From Eledone cirrhosa (taxonomy: Eukaryota), in the NCBI GenBank assembly GCA_964016885.1, contig OZ024742.1, forward strand, positions 164,424,001 to 164,488,000: DNA of 64,000 bases, read 5' to 3'. Positions within the stretch are counted from its first letter, which is position 1. The number at the start of each line of letters is the position of its first letter. Below, piece by piece: positions 1 through 12,295 of this stretch. The notes under the pieces are model-generated. The model was not told the DNA's origin, ran no database searches, and saw only the letters and a program-made list of their open reading frames with translations. The position numbers were made by a program, and so were the translations under genes.

Positions 1-1
1 C

Positions 2-225
2 TTGGCTGGCTGGAAATTATCTCCCCTTGGAGGCTGGAATTTATCTCCCCTTGGACGGCTAGAAATTACCTCTCCTTGGACGGCTGGAAAATATTTCTCC
101 TTGGACGGCTGGATATTATCTACCCTTGGACGGGTGAAAATTATCTCCCCTTGGACGGCTGGAAATTATCTCCCCTTGGACGGCTAGATATTACCTCCCC
201 TTGGACGACTGGAAATTATCTCCCC
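2..225. repeat. Example of A-block cassette I (9 monomers, 224 bp)
   Basis: Fixed order: GGCTGGCTGG, GGAGGCTGGAATTT (24 bp), GCTAGAAATTACCTCTCC, GGAAAATAT(G/T)TCTCC, GGATATTATCTACCC, two near-canonical monomers, GCTAGATATTACC, near-canonical monomer. It recurs dozens of times (the 'MAGWKLSPLGGWNL' ORFs, e.g. 2800, 3977, 15315, 63519). A 10-monomer subtype occurs at e.g. 2389 and 4871. Confidence 0.93.
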
Positions 226-3162
226 TTGATTTTTTTTACAAATTATCTCCCCCTGATTTTTTTTTTACAAATTATCTCCCCCTGATTTTTTTACAAATTA
301 TCTCCCCCTGATTTTTTTTACAAATTATCTCCGCCTGATTTTTTTAAATATTATCTTCTCTTGGCTGGCGGGAAATTATCTCCCCTTGGACGGCTGGAAA
401 TTATCTCCCCTTGATTTTTTTTACAAATTATCTCCCCCTGATTTTTTTTAAAAAATTATCTCCCCCTGATTTTTTTTTACAAATTATCTCCCCCTGATTT
501 TTTTTTACAAATTATCTCCCCCTGATTTTTTTTACAAATTATCTCCCCCTGATTTTTTTACAAATTATCTCCCCTTGGCTGGCTGGAAATTATCTCCCCT
601 TGGACACTGTAAATTATAGCCCCTTGGAGGGCTGGAAATTATCTTACCTTGGACGGCTGGAAATTATCTCTGCTTGATTTTTTTTACAAATTATCTCCCC
701 CTGATTTTTTTTTACAAATTATCCCCCCCGATTTTTTTTACAAATTATCTCCCCCTGATTTTTTTTACAAATTATCTCCCCTTGGACGGCTGGAAATTAT
801 CTCCCCTTGGACGGCTGGAAATTATCTCTCCTTGGACGGCTAGAAATTACCTCTCCTTGGACGACTGAAAATTATCTCCCCTTGGACGGCTGCAAATTAT
901 CTCCCCTTGATTTCTTTTACAAATTATCTCCGCCTGATTTTTTTTTTTAAATTATCTCCCCTTGGACGGCTGGAAATTACCTCCCCTTGGACGGCTGGAA
1001 ATTATCTCCCCTTGGACGGCTAGAAATTACCTCTCATTGGACGGCTGAAAATTATCTCCCCTTGGACGGCTGGAAATTATCTCCCCTTGATTTTTTTTAC
1101 AAATTATCTCCCCCTGATTTTTTTTTTACAAATTATCTCCGCCTGATTTTTTTTTAAAATTATCTCTCCTTGGACGGCTGGATATTATCTCCCCTTTCAT
1201 TTTTTTTACAAATTATCTCCCCCTGATTTTTTTTTACAAATTATCTCCCCCTGATTTTTTTTTACAAATTATCTACCCCTAATTTTTTTTTACAAATTAT
1301 CTCCCCCTGATTTTTTTTACAAATTATCTCCCCCTGATTTTTTTTTTACAAATTATCTCCCCCTGATTTTTTTACAAATTATCTCCCCCTGATTTTTTTT
1401 ACAAATTATCTCCGCCTGATTTTTTTAAATATTATCTTCTCTTGGCTGGCGGGAAATTATCTCCCCTTGGACGGCTGAAAATTATCTCCCCTTGGACGGC
1501 TGGAAATTATCTCCCCTTGATTTTTTTTACAAATTATCTCCCCCTGATTTTTTTTTACAAATTATCTCCCCCTGATTTTTTTTTACAAATTATCTCCCCC
1601 TGATTTTTTTTTACAAATTATCTCCCCCTGATTTTTTTACAAATTATCTCCCCTTGGCTGGCTGGAAATTATCTCCCCTTGGAGGCTGGAATTTATCTCC
1701 CCTTGGACGGCTAGAAATTACCTCTCCTTGGACGGCTGGAAAATATGTCCTTGGACGGCTGGATATTATCTACCCTTGGACGGCTGGAAATTATCTCCCC
1801 TTGGACGGCTAGATATTACCTCCCCTTGGACGGCTGGAAATTATCTCCCCTTGATTTTTTTTACAAATTATCTCCCCCTGATTTTTTTTTACAAATTATC
1901 TCCCCCTGATTTTTTTTTACAAATTATCTCCGCCTGATTTTTTTTTACAAATTATCTCCCCCTAATTTTTTTTACAAATTATCTCTCCCTGATCTTTTTT
2001 TACAAATTATCTCCCCCTGATTTTTTTTTACCAATTATCTACCCCTGATTTTTTTTTACAAATTATCTCCCCCTTATTTTTTTTACAAATTATCTCCCCC
2101 TGATTTTTTTTACAAATTATCTCCCCCTGATTTTTTTACAAATTATCTCCCCCCGATTTTTTTTACAAATTATATCCGCCTAATTTTTTAAATATTATCT
2201 ATCCTTGGCTGGCGGGAAATTATCTCCCCTTGGACGGCTGAAAATTTTCTCCCCTTGGACGGCTGGAAATTATCTCCCCTTGATTTTTTTACAAATTATC
2301 TCCCCCTGATTATTTTTTACAAATTATCTCCCCCTGATTTTTTTTTACAAATTATCTCCCTCTGATTTTTTTTACAAATTATCTCCCCTTGGCTGGCTGG
2401 AAATTATCTCCCCTTGGAGGCTGGAATTTATCTCCCCTTGGACGGTTAGAAATTACCTCTCCTTGGACTGCTGGAAAATATGTCTCCTTGGACGGCTGGA
2501 AATTATCTCCCCTTGGACGGCTGGAAATTATCTCCCCTTGGACGGCTGGAAATTATCTCTCCTCGGACGACTAGAAATTACCTCTCCTTGGACAGCTGAA
2601 AATTATCTCCCCTTGGACGGCTGGAAATTATCTCCCCTTGATTTTTTTTACAAATTATCTCCCCCTGATTTAGTTTACAAATTATCTCCCCCTGATTTTT
2701 TTTTACAAATTATCTCCCCCTGATTTTTTTTACAAATTATCTCCCCCTGATATTTTTTACAAATTATCTCCCCCTGATTTTTTTACAAATTATCTCCCCT
2801 TGGCTGGCTGGAAATTATCTACCCTTGGAGGCTGGAATTTATCTCCCCTTGGACGGCTAGAAATTACCTCGCCTTGGACGGCTGGAAAATATGTCTCCTT
2901 GGACGGCTGGAAATTATCTCCCCTTGGACGGCTGGAAATTATCTCCCCTTGGACGGCTGGAAATTATCTCCCCTTGGACGGCTAGATATTACCTCCCCTT
3001 GGACGGCTGGAAATTATCTCCCCTTGATTTTTTTTACAAATTATCTCCCCCTGATTTTTTTTTACAAATTATCTCCCCCTGATTTTTTTTTACGAAGTAT
3101 CTCCCCCTGATTTTTTTTTACAAATTATCTCCGCCTGATTTTTTTAAAAAAATTATCTCCCC

Positions 3163-3287
3163 TTGAACGGCTGGAAATTATCTCCCCTTGGACGGCTGGA
3201 AATTATCTCCCCTTGGACGGCTAGAAATTACCTCTCCTTGGACGGCTGAAAATTATCTCCCATTGGACGGCTGCAAATTATCTCCCC
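3163..3287. repeat. Example of A-block cassette II (5 monomers, 125 bp)
   Basis: Begins TTGAACGG, ends GGCTGCAAA, and is followed by a B monomer with TTTTTTAAC. Recurs at e.g. 5572, 14401, 15649, 49511. Confidence 0.9.
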
Positions 3288-3555
3288 TTGATTTTTTAAC
3301 AAATTATCTCCCCCTGATTTTTTTTTACAAATTATCTCCCCCTGATTTTTTTTTACAAATTATCTACGCCTAATTTTTTTTACAAATTATCTCCCCCTGA
3401 TTTTTTTTTACAAATTATCTCCCCCTGATTTTTTTTACAAATTATCTCCCCCTGATTTTTTTTTACAAATTATTTCCCCCTGATTTTTTTACAAATTATC
3501 TCCCCCCTGATTTTTTTTACAATCTCCGCCTGATTTTTTTAAAAATTATCTTCCC

Positions 3556-3705
3556 TTGGCTGGCGGGAAATTATCTCCCCTTGGACGGCTGGAAATTATA
3601 TCCCCTTGGAAGGATGGAAATTATCTCCCCTTGGACGGCTGGAAATTATCTCCCCTTGGACGGCTGGAAATTATCTCCCCTTGGACAGCTGGAAATTATC
3701 TGTCC
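3556..3705. repeat. Example of A-block cassette III (6 monomers, 150 bp)
   Basis: Order GGCTGGCGGG, TTATATCCCC, GGAAGGATGG, two canonical monomers, GGACAG...CTG(C/T)CC, followed by a B monomer with TTTTGTTTTT. Recurs at e.g. 14660, 23697, 34787, 35255, 62093. Confidence 0.9.
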
Positions 3706-3714
3706 TTGATTTTG

Positions 3715-6700
3715 TTTTTACAAATTATCTCCCCCTGATTTTTTTTACAAATTATCTCCACCTGATTTTTTAAAAAATTATCTCCCCTTGGACGGCTGGA
3801 AATTATCTCCCCTTGATTTTTTTTACAAATTATCTCCCCCTGATTTTTTTTTACAAATTATCTCCCCCTGATTTTTTTTTACAAATTATCTCCCCCTGAT
3901 TTTTTTTTACAAATTATCTCACCCTGATTTTTTTTACAAATTATCTCTCCCTGATTTTTTTACAAATTATCTCCCCTTGGCTGGCTGGAAATTATCTCCC
4001 CTTGGAGGCTGGAATTTATCTCCCCTTGGACGGCTAGAAATTACCTCTCCTTGGACGGCTGGAAAATATGTCTCCTTGGACGGCTGGATATTATCTACCC
4101 TTGGACGGCTGGAAATTATCTCCCCTTGGACGGCTGGAAATTATCTCCTCTTGGACGGCTAGATATTACCTCCCCTTGGACGGCTGGAAATTATCTCCCC
4201 TTGATTTTTTTACAAATTATCTCCCCCTGATTTTTTTACAAATTATCTCCCCCTGATTTTTTTTACAAATTATCTCCGCCTAATTTTTTTAAATATTATC
4301 TTCCCTTGGCTGGCGGGAAATTATCTCCCCTTGGACGGCTGAAAATTATCTCCCCTTGGACGGCTGGAAATTATCTCCCCTTGATTTTTTTTACAAATTA
4401 TCTCCCCCTGATTTTTTTTTACAAATTATCTCCCCCTGATTTTTTTTACAAATTATCTCCCCCTGATTTTTTTACAAATTATCTCCCCTTGGCTGGCTGG
4501 AAATTATCTCCCCTTGGAGGCTGGAATTTATCTCCCCTTGGACGGCTAGAAATTACCTCTCCTTGGAAGGCTGGAAAATATGTCCTTGGACGGCTGGATA
4601 TTATCTACCCTTGGACGGCTGGAAATTATCTCCCCTTGGACGGCTGGAAATTATCTCCCCTTGGACGGCTAGATATTACCTCCCCTTGGACGGCTGAAAA
4701 TTATCTCCCCTTGGACGGCTGGAAATTATCTCCCCTTGATTTTTTTTTACAAATTATCTCCCCCTGATTATTTTTTACAAATTATTCCCTGATTTTTTTT
4801 TTACAAATTATCTCCCCCTGATTTTTTTTACAAATTATCTCCCCCTGATTTTTTTACAAATTATCTCCCCTTGGCTGGCTGGAAATTATCTCCCATTGGA
4901 GGCTGGAATTTATCTCCCCTTGGACGGTTAGAAATTACCTCCCCTTGGACGGCTGGAAAATATGTCTCCTTGGACGGCTGGAAATTATCGCGCCTTGGAC
5001 GGCTGGAAATTATCTCCCCTTGGACGGCTGGAAATTATCTCTCATCGGACGGCTAGAAATTACCTCTCCTTGGACAGCTGAAAATTATCTCCCCTTGGAC
5101 GGCTGGAAATTATCTCCCCTTGATTTTTTTTACAAATTATCTCCCCCTGATTTTTTTTTACAAATTATCTCCCCCTGATTTTTTTTTACAAATTATCTCC
5201 CCCTGATTTTTTTTTACAAATTATCTCCCCCTGATATTTTTTACAAATTATCTCCCCCTGATTTTTTTACAAATTATCTCCCCTTGGCTGGCTGGAAATT
5301 ATCTCCCCTTGGAGGCTGGAAATTATCTCCCCTTGGACGGCTGGAAATTATCTCCCCTTGGACAGCTGGAAATTATCTCCCCTTGGACGGCTAGATATTA
5401 CCTCCCCTTGGACGGCTGGAAATTATCTCCCCTTGATTTTTTTTACAAATTATCTCCCCCTGATTTTTTTTTACAAATTATCTCCCCCTGATTTTTTTTT
5501 ACGAATTATCTCCCCCCGATTTTTTTTTACAAATTATCTCCGCCTGATTTTTTTTTAAAAATTATCTCCCCTTGAACGGCTGGAAATTATCTCCCCTTGG
5601 ACGGCTGGAAATTATCTCCCCTTGGACGGCTAGAAATTACCTCTCCTTGGACGGCTGAAAATTATCTCCCCTTGGACGGCTGCAAATTATCTCCCCTTGA
5701 TTTTTTAACAAATTATCTCCCCCTGATTTTTTTTTACAAATTATCTCCCCCTGATTTTTTTTTACAAATTATCTCCCCCTGATTTTTTTTTACAAATTAT
5801 CTCCCCCTGATTTTTTTACAAATTATCTCCCCCTGATTTTTTTTACAATCTCCGCCTGATTTTTTAAAAAATTATCTTCCCTTGGCTGGCGGGAAATTAT
5901 CTCCCCTTGGACGGCTGGAAATTATCTCCCCTTGGACGGCTGGAAATTATCTCCCCTTGGACAGCTGGAAATTATCTGCCCTTGATTTTGTTTTTACAAA
6001 TTATCTCCCCCTGATTTTTTTTACAAATTATCTCCACCTGATTTTTTAAAAAATTATCTCCCCTTGGACGGCTGGAAATTATCTCCCCTTGATTTTTTTA
6101 CAAATTATCTCCCCCTGATTTTTTTTACAAATGATCTCCCCCTGATTTTATGTTACAAATTATCTCCCCCTGATTTTTTTACAAATTATCTCCCCCTGAT
6201 TTTTTTTACAAATTATCTCCGCCTGATTTTTTTAAATATTATCTTCCCTTGGCTGGCGGGAAATTATCTCCCCTTGGACGGCTGGAAATTATCTCCCCTT
6301 GATTTTTTTTACAAATTATCTCCCCCTGATTTTTTTTTACAAATTATCTCCCCCTGATTTTTTTTTACAAATTATCTCCCCCTGATTTTTTTTACAAATT
6401 ATCTCCACCTGATTTTTTAAAAAATTATCTCCCCTTGGACGGCTGGAAATTATCTCCCCTTGATTTTTTTTACAAATTATCTCCCCCTGATTTTTTTTTA
6501 CAAATTATCTCCCCCTGATTTTTTTTTACAAATTATCTCCCCCTGATTTTTTTTTACAAATTATCTCACCCTGATTTTTTTTACAAATTATCTCTCCCTG
6601 ATTTTTTTACAAATTATCTCCCCTTGGCTGGCTGGAAATTATCTCCCCTTGGAGGCTGGAATTTATCTCCCCTTGGACGGCTAGAAATTACCTCTCCTTG

Positions 6701-9030
6701 GACGGCTGGAAAATATGTCTCCTTGGACGGCTGGATATTATCTACCCTTGGACGGCTGGAAATTATCTCCCCTTGGACGGCTGGAAATTATCTCCTCTTG
6801 GACGGCTAGATATTACCTCCCCTTGGACGGCTGGAAATTATCTCCCCTTGATTTTTTTACAAATTATCTCCCCCTGATTTTTTTACAAATTATCTCCCCC
6901 TGATTTTTTTTACAAATTATCTCCGCCTAATTTTTTTAAATATTATCTTCCCTTGGCTGGCGGGAAATTATCTCCCCTTGGACGGCTGAAAATTATCTCC
7001 CCTTGGACGGCTGGAAATTATCTCCCCTTGATTTTTTTTACAAATTATCTCCCCCTGATTTTTTTTTACAAATTATCTCCCCCTGATTTTTTTTACAAAT
7101 TATCTCCCCCTGATTTTTTTACAAATTATCTCCCCTTGGCTGGCTGGAAATTATCTCCCCTTGGAGGCTGGAATTTATCTCCCCTTGGACGGCTAGAAAT
7201 TACCTCTCCTTGGAAGGCTGGAAAATATGTCCTTGGACGGCTGGATATTATCTACCCTTGGACGGCTGGAAATTATCTCCCCTTGGACGGCTGGAAATTA
7301 TCTCCCCTTGGACGGCTAGATATTACCTCCCCTTGGACGGCTGAAAATTATCTCCCCTTGGACGGCTGGAAATTATCTCCCCTTGATTTTTTTTTACAAA
7401 TTATCTCCCCCTGATTATTTTTTACAAATTATTCCCTGATTTTTTTTTTACAAATTATCTCCCCCTGATTTTTTTTACAAATTATCTCCCCCTGATTTTT
7501 TTACAAATTATCTCCCCTTGGCTGGCTGGAAATTATCTCCCATTGGAGGCTGGAATTTATCTCCCCTTGGACGGTTAGAAATTACCTCCCCTTGGACGGC
7601 TGGAAAATATGTCTCCTTGGACGGCTGGAAATTATCGCGCCTTGGACGGCTGGAAATTATCTCCCCTTGGACGGCTGGAAATTATCTCTCATCGGACGGC
7701 TAGAAATTACCTCTCCTTGGACAGCTGAAAATTATCTCCCCTTGGACGGCTGGAAATTATCTCCCCTTGATTTTTTTTACAAATTATCTCCCCCTGATTT
7801 TTTTTTACAAATTATCTCCCCCTGATTTTTTTTTACAAATTATCTCCCCCTGATTTTTTTTTACAAATTATCTCCCCCTGATATTTTTTACAAATTATCT
7901 CCCCCTGATTTTTTTACAAATTATCTCCCCTTGGCTGGCTGGAAATTATCTCCCCTTGGAGGCTGGAAATTATCTCCCCTTGGACGGCTGGAAATTATCT
8001 CCCCTTGGACAGCTGGAAATTATCTCCCCTTGGACGGCTAGATATTACCTCCCCTTGGACGGCTGGAAATTATCTCCCCTTGATTTTTTTTACAAATTAT
8101 CTCCCCCTGATTTTTTTTTACAAATTATCTCCCCCTGATTTTTTTTTACGAATTATCTCCCCCCGATTTTTTTTTACAAATTATCTCCGCCTGATTTTTT
8201 TTTTAAAATTATCTCCCCTTGAACGGCTGGAAATTATCTCCCCTTGGACGGCTGGAAATTATCTCCCCTTGGACGGCTAGAAATTACCTCTCCTTGGACG
8301 GCTGAAAATTATCTCCCCTTGGACGGCTGCAAATTATCTCCCCTTGATTTTTTAACAAATTATCTCCCCCTGATTTTTTTTTACAAATTATCTCCCCCTG
8401 ATTTTTTTTTACAAATTATCTCCCCCTGATTTTTTTTTACAAATTATCTCCCCCTGATTTTTTTACAAATTATCTCCCCCTGATTTTTTTTACAATCTCC
8501 GCCTGATTTTTTAAAAAATTATCTTCCCTTGGCTGGCGGGAAATTATCTCCCCTTGGACGGCTGGAAATTATCTCCCCTTGGACGGCTGGAAATTATCTC
8601 CCCTTGGACAGCTGGAAATTATCTGCCCTTGATTTTGTTTTTACAAATTATCTCCCCCTGATTTTTTTTACAAATTATCTCCACCTGATTTTTTAAAAAA
8701 TTATCTCCCCTTGGACGGCTGGAAATTATCTCCCCTTGATTTTTTTACAAATTATCTCCCCCTGATTTTTTTTACAAATGATCTCCCCCTGATTTTATGT
8801 TACAAATTATCTCCCCCTGATTTTTTTACAAATTATCTCCCCCTGATTTTTTTTACAAATTATCTCCGCCTGATTTTTTTAAATATTATCTTCCCTTGGC
8901 TGGCGGGAAATTATCTCCCCTTGGACGGCTGGAAATTATCTCCCCTTGATTTTTTTTACAAATTATCTCCCCCTGATTTTTTTTTACAAATTATCTCCCC
9001 CTGATTTTTTTTTACAAATTATCTCCCCCT
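3715..9030. repeat. Tandem duplication, 2 x 2647 bp
   Basis: Constant 2647-bp offset of identical ORFs (3977/6624, 4306/6953, 4871/7518, 5309/7956, 6064/8711) and of the CCACC marker (3760/6407). Ends are approximate. Confidence 0.92.
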
Positions 9031-9674
9031 GATTTTTTTTTACAAATTATCTCCCCCTGATTTTTTTTTACAAATCTCCCCCTGATTTTTTTATAAATTA
9101 TCTCCCCTTGGCTGGCTGGAAATTATCTCCCCTTGGAGGCTGGAATTTATCTCCCCTTGGACGGCTAGAAATTACCTCTCCTTGGATGGCTGGAAAATAT
9201 GTCTCCTTGGACGGCTGGATATTATCTACCCTTGGACGGCTGGAAATTATCTCCCCTTGGACGGCTGGAAATTATCTCCCCTTGGACGGCTGGAAATTAT
9301 CTGCCCTTGATTTTGTTTTTACAAATTATCTCCCCCTGATTTTTTTTACAAATTATCTCCACCTGATTTTTTAAAAAATTATCTCCCCTTGGACGGCTGG
9401 AAATTATCTCCCCTTGATTTTTTTACAAATTATCTCCCCCTGATTTTTTTTACAAATTATCTCCCCCTGATTTTTTTTTTACAAATTATCTCCCCCTGAT
9501 TTTTTTACAAATTATCTCCCCCTGATTTTTTTTACAAATTATCTCCGCCTGATTTTTTTAAATATTATCTTCCCTTGGCTGGCGGGAAATTATCTCCCCT
9601 TGGACGGCTGAAAATTATCTCCCCTTGGACGGCTGGAAATTATCTCCCCTTGATTTTTTTTACAAATTATCTCC

Positions 9675-12295
9675 CCCTGATTTTTTTTACAAATTATCTC
9701 CCCCTGATTTTTTTTTACAAATTATCTCCCCCTGATTTTTTTTTACAAATTATCTGCCCCTGAGTTTTTTTACAAATTATCTCCCCCTGATTTTTTTACA
9801 AATTATCTCCCCTTGGCTGGCTGGAAATTATCTCCCCTTGGAGGCTGGAATTTATCTCCCCTTGGACGGCTAGAAATTACCTCTCCTTGGAAGGCTGGAA
9901 AATATTTCTCCTTGGACGGCTGGATATTATCTACCCTTGGACGGGTGGAAATTATCTCCCCTTGGACGGCTGGAAATTATCTCCCCTTGGACAGCTAGAT
10001 ATTACCTCCCCTTGGACGGCTGGAAATTATCTCCCCTTGATTTCTTTTACAAATTATCTCCCCCTGATTTTTTTTACAAATTATCTCCACCTGATTTTTT
10101 TACAAATTATCTCCCCCTGATTTTTTTTACAAATTATCTCCCCCTGATTTTTTTACAAATTATCTCCCCTTGGCTGGCTGGAAAATATCTCCCCTTGGAG
10201 GCTGGAATTTATCTCCCCTTGGACGGCTGGAAATTATCTCCCCTTGATTTTTTTTACAAATTATCTACCCCTGATTTTTTTTACAAATTATCTCCCCCTG
10301 ATTTTTTTTACAAATTATCTCCCCCTGATTTTTTTACAAATTATCTCCCCCTGATTTTTTTACAAATTATCTCCCCCTGATTTTTTTTTACAAATTATCT
10401 ACGCCTAATTTTTTTTACAAATTATCTCCTCCTGATTTTTTTTTACAAATTATCTCCCCCTGATTTTTTTTTACAAATTATCTCCCCCTGATTTTTTTTT
10501 ACAAATTATCTCCCCCTGATTTTTTTACAAATTATCTCCCCCCTGATTTTTATTGCAATCTCCGCCTGATTTTTTAAAAAATTATCTTCCCTTGGCTGGC
10601 GGGAAATTATCTTCCCTTGGACGGCTGGAAATTATATCCCCTTGGAAGGATGGAAATTATCTCCCCTTGGACGGCTGGAAATTATCTCCCCTTGGACGGC
10701 TGGAAATTATCTCCCCTTGGACAGCTGGAAATTATCTGCCCTTGATTTTGTTTTTACAAATTATCTCCCCCTGATTTGTTTTACAAATTATCTCCACCTG
10801 ATTTTTTAAAAAATTATCTCCCCTTGGACGGCTGGAAATTATCTCCCCTTGGCTGGAAATTATCTCCCCTTGGACGGCTAGAAATTATCTCTCTTTGGAC
10901 GGCTGGAAATTATCTGCCTTTGATTTTTTTTACAAATTATCTCCCCCTGATTTTTTTTTACAAATTATCTCACCCTGATTTTTTTTACAAATTATCTCCC
11001 CCTGATTTTTTTTTACAAATTATCTCCCCCTGATTTTTTTTTACAAATTATCTGCCCCTGAGTTTTTTTACAAATTATCTCCCCCTGATTTTTTTACAAA
11101 TTATCTCCCCTTGGCTGGCTGGAAATTATCTCCCCTTGGAGGCTGGAATTTATCTCCCCTTGGACGGCTAGAAATTACCTCTCCTTGGAAGGCTGGAAAA
11201 TATTTCTCCTTGGACGGCTGGATATTATCTACCCTTGGACGGGTGGAAATTATCTCCCCTTGGACGGCTGGAAATTATCTCCCCTTGGACAGCTAGATAT
11301 TACCTCCCCTTGGACGGCTGGAAATTATCTCCCCTTGATTTCTTTTACAAATTATCTCCCCCTGATTTTTTTTACAAATTATCTCCACCTGATTTTTTTA
11401 CAAATTATCTCCCCCTGATTTTTTTTACAAATTATCTCCCCCTGATTTTTTTACAAATTATCTCCCCTTGGCTGGCTGGAAAATATCTCCCCTTGGAGGC
11501 TGGAATTTATCTCCCCTTGGACGGCTGGAAATTATCTCCCCTTGATTTTTTTTACAAATTATCTACCCCTGATTTTTTTTACAAATTATCTCCCCCTGAT
11601 TTTTTTTACAAATTATCTCCCCCTGATTTTTTTACAAATTATCTCCCCCTGATTTTTTTACAAATTATCTCCCCCTGATTTTTTTTTACAAATTATCTAC
11701 GCCTAATTTTTTTTACAAATTATCTCCTCCTGATTTTTTTTTACAAATTATCTCCCCCTGATTTTTTTTTACAAATTATCTCCCCCTGATTTTTTTTTAC
11801 AAATTATCTCCCCCTGATTTTTTTACAAATTATCTCCCCCCTGATTTTTATTGCAATCTCCGCCTGATTTTTTAAAAAATTATCTTCCCTTGGCTGGCGG
11901 GAAATTATCTTCCCTTGGACGGCTGGAAATTATATCCCCTTGGAAGGATGGAAATTATCTCCCCTTGGACGGCTGGAAATTATCTCCCCTTGGACGGCTG
12001 GAAATTATCTCCCCTTGGACAGCTGGAAATTATCTGCCCTTGATTTTGTTTTTACAAATTATCTCCCCCTGATTTGTTTTACAAATTATCTCCACCTGAT
12101 TTTTTAAAAAATTATCTCCCCTTGGACGGCTGGAAATTATCTCCCCTTGGCTGGAAATTATCTCCCCTTGGACGGCTAGAAATTATCTCTCTTTGGACGG
12201 CTGGAAATTATCTGCCTTTGATTTTTTTTACAAATTATCTCCCCCTGATTTTTTTTTACAAATTATCTCACCCTGATTTTTTTTACAAATTATCT
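9675..12295. repeat. Tandem duplication, 2 x 1298 bp
   Basis: Offset 1298 for ORFs 9813/11111, 9937/11235, 10553/11851 and for markers TGAGTTTT (9761/11059) and the 21-bp monomer (10849/12147). Ends are approximate. Confidence 0.92.

Larger units (their letters stand above)
1..5300. repeat. Additional partial copy of HOR family L, offset ~20.1 kb
   Basis: ORFs 649/20842 (offset 20193) and 2389/22530, 3977/24118, 4871/25012 (offset 20141). Shares markers GGACACTGT, TTTAGTTTAC and CGAAGTATC. Confidence 0.88.

Noticed and set aside
226-360. Poly-T runs as intrinsic terminators or retroelement poly(A) tails
   Set aside because: There is no GC-rich hairpin upstream, no target-site duplications and no element body. 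The tracts are integral to monomer B.
362-372. Chi-like GCTGGCGG at B-to-A junctions (one mismatch from E. coli Chi GCTGGTGG)
   Set aside because: It is not an exact Chi site and is simply derived from the GGCTGGCTGG variant. Chi is relevant to bacterial RecBCD and nothing here suggests that context.
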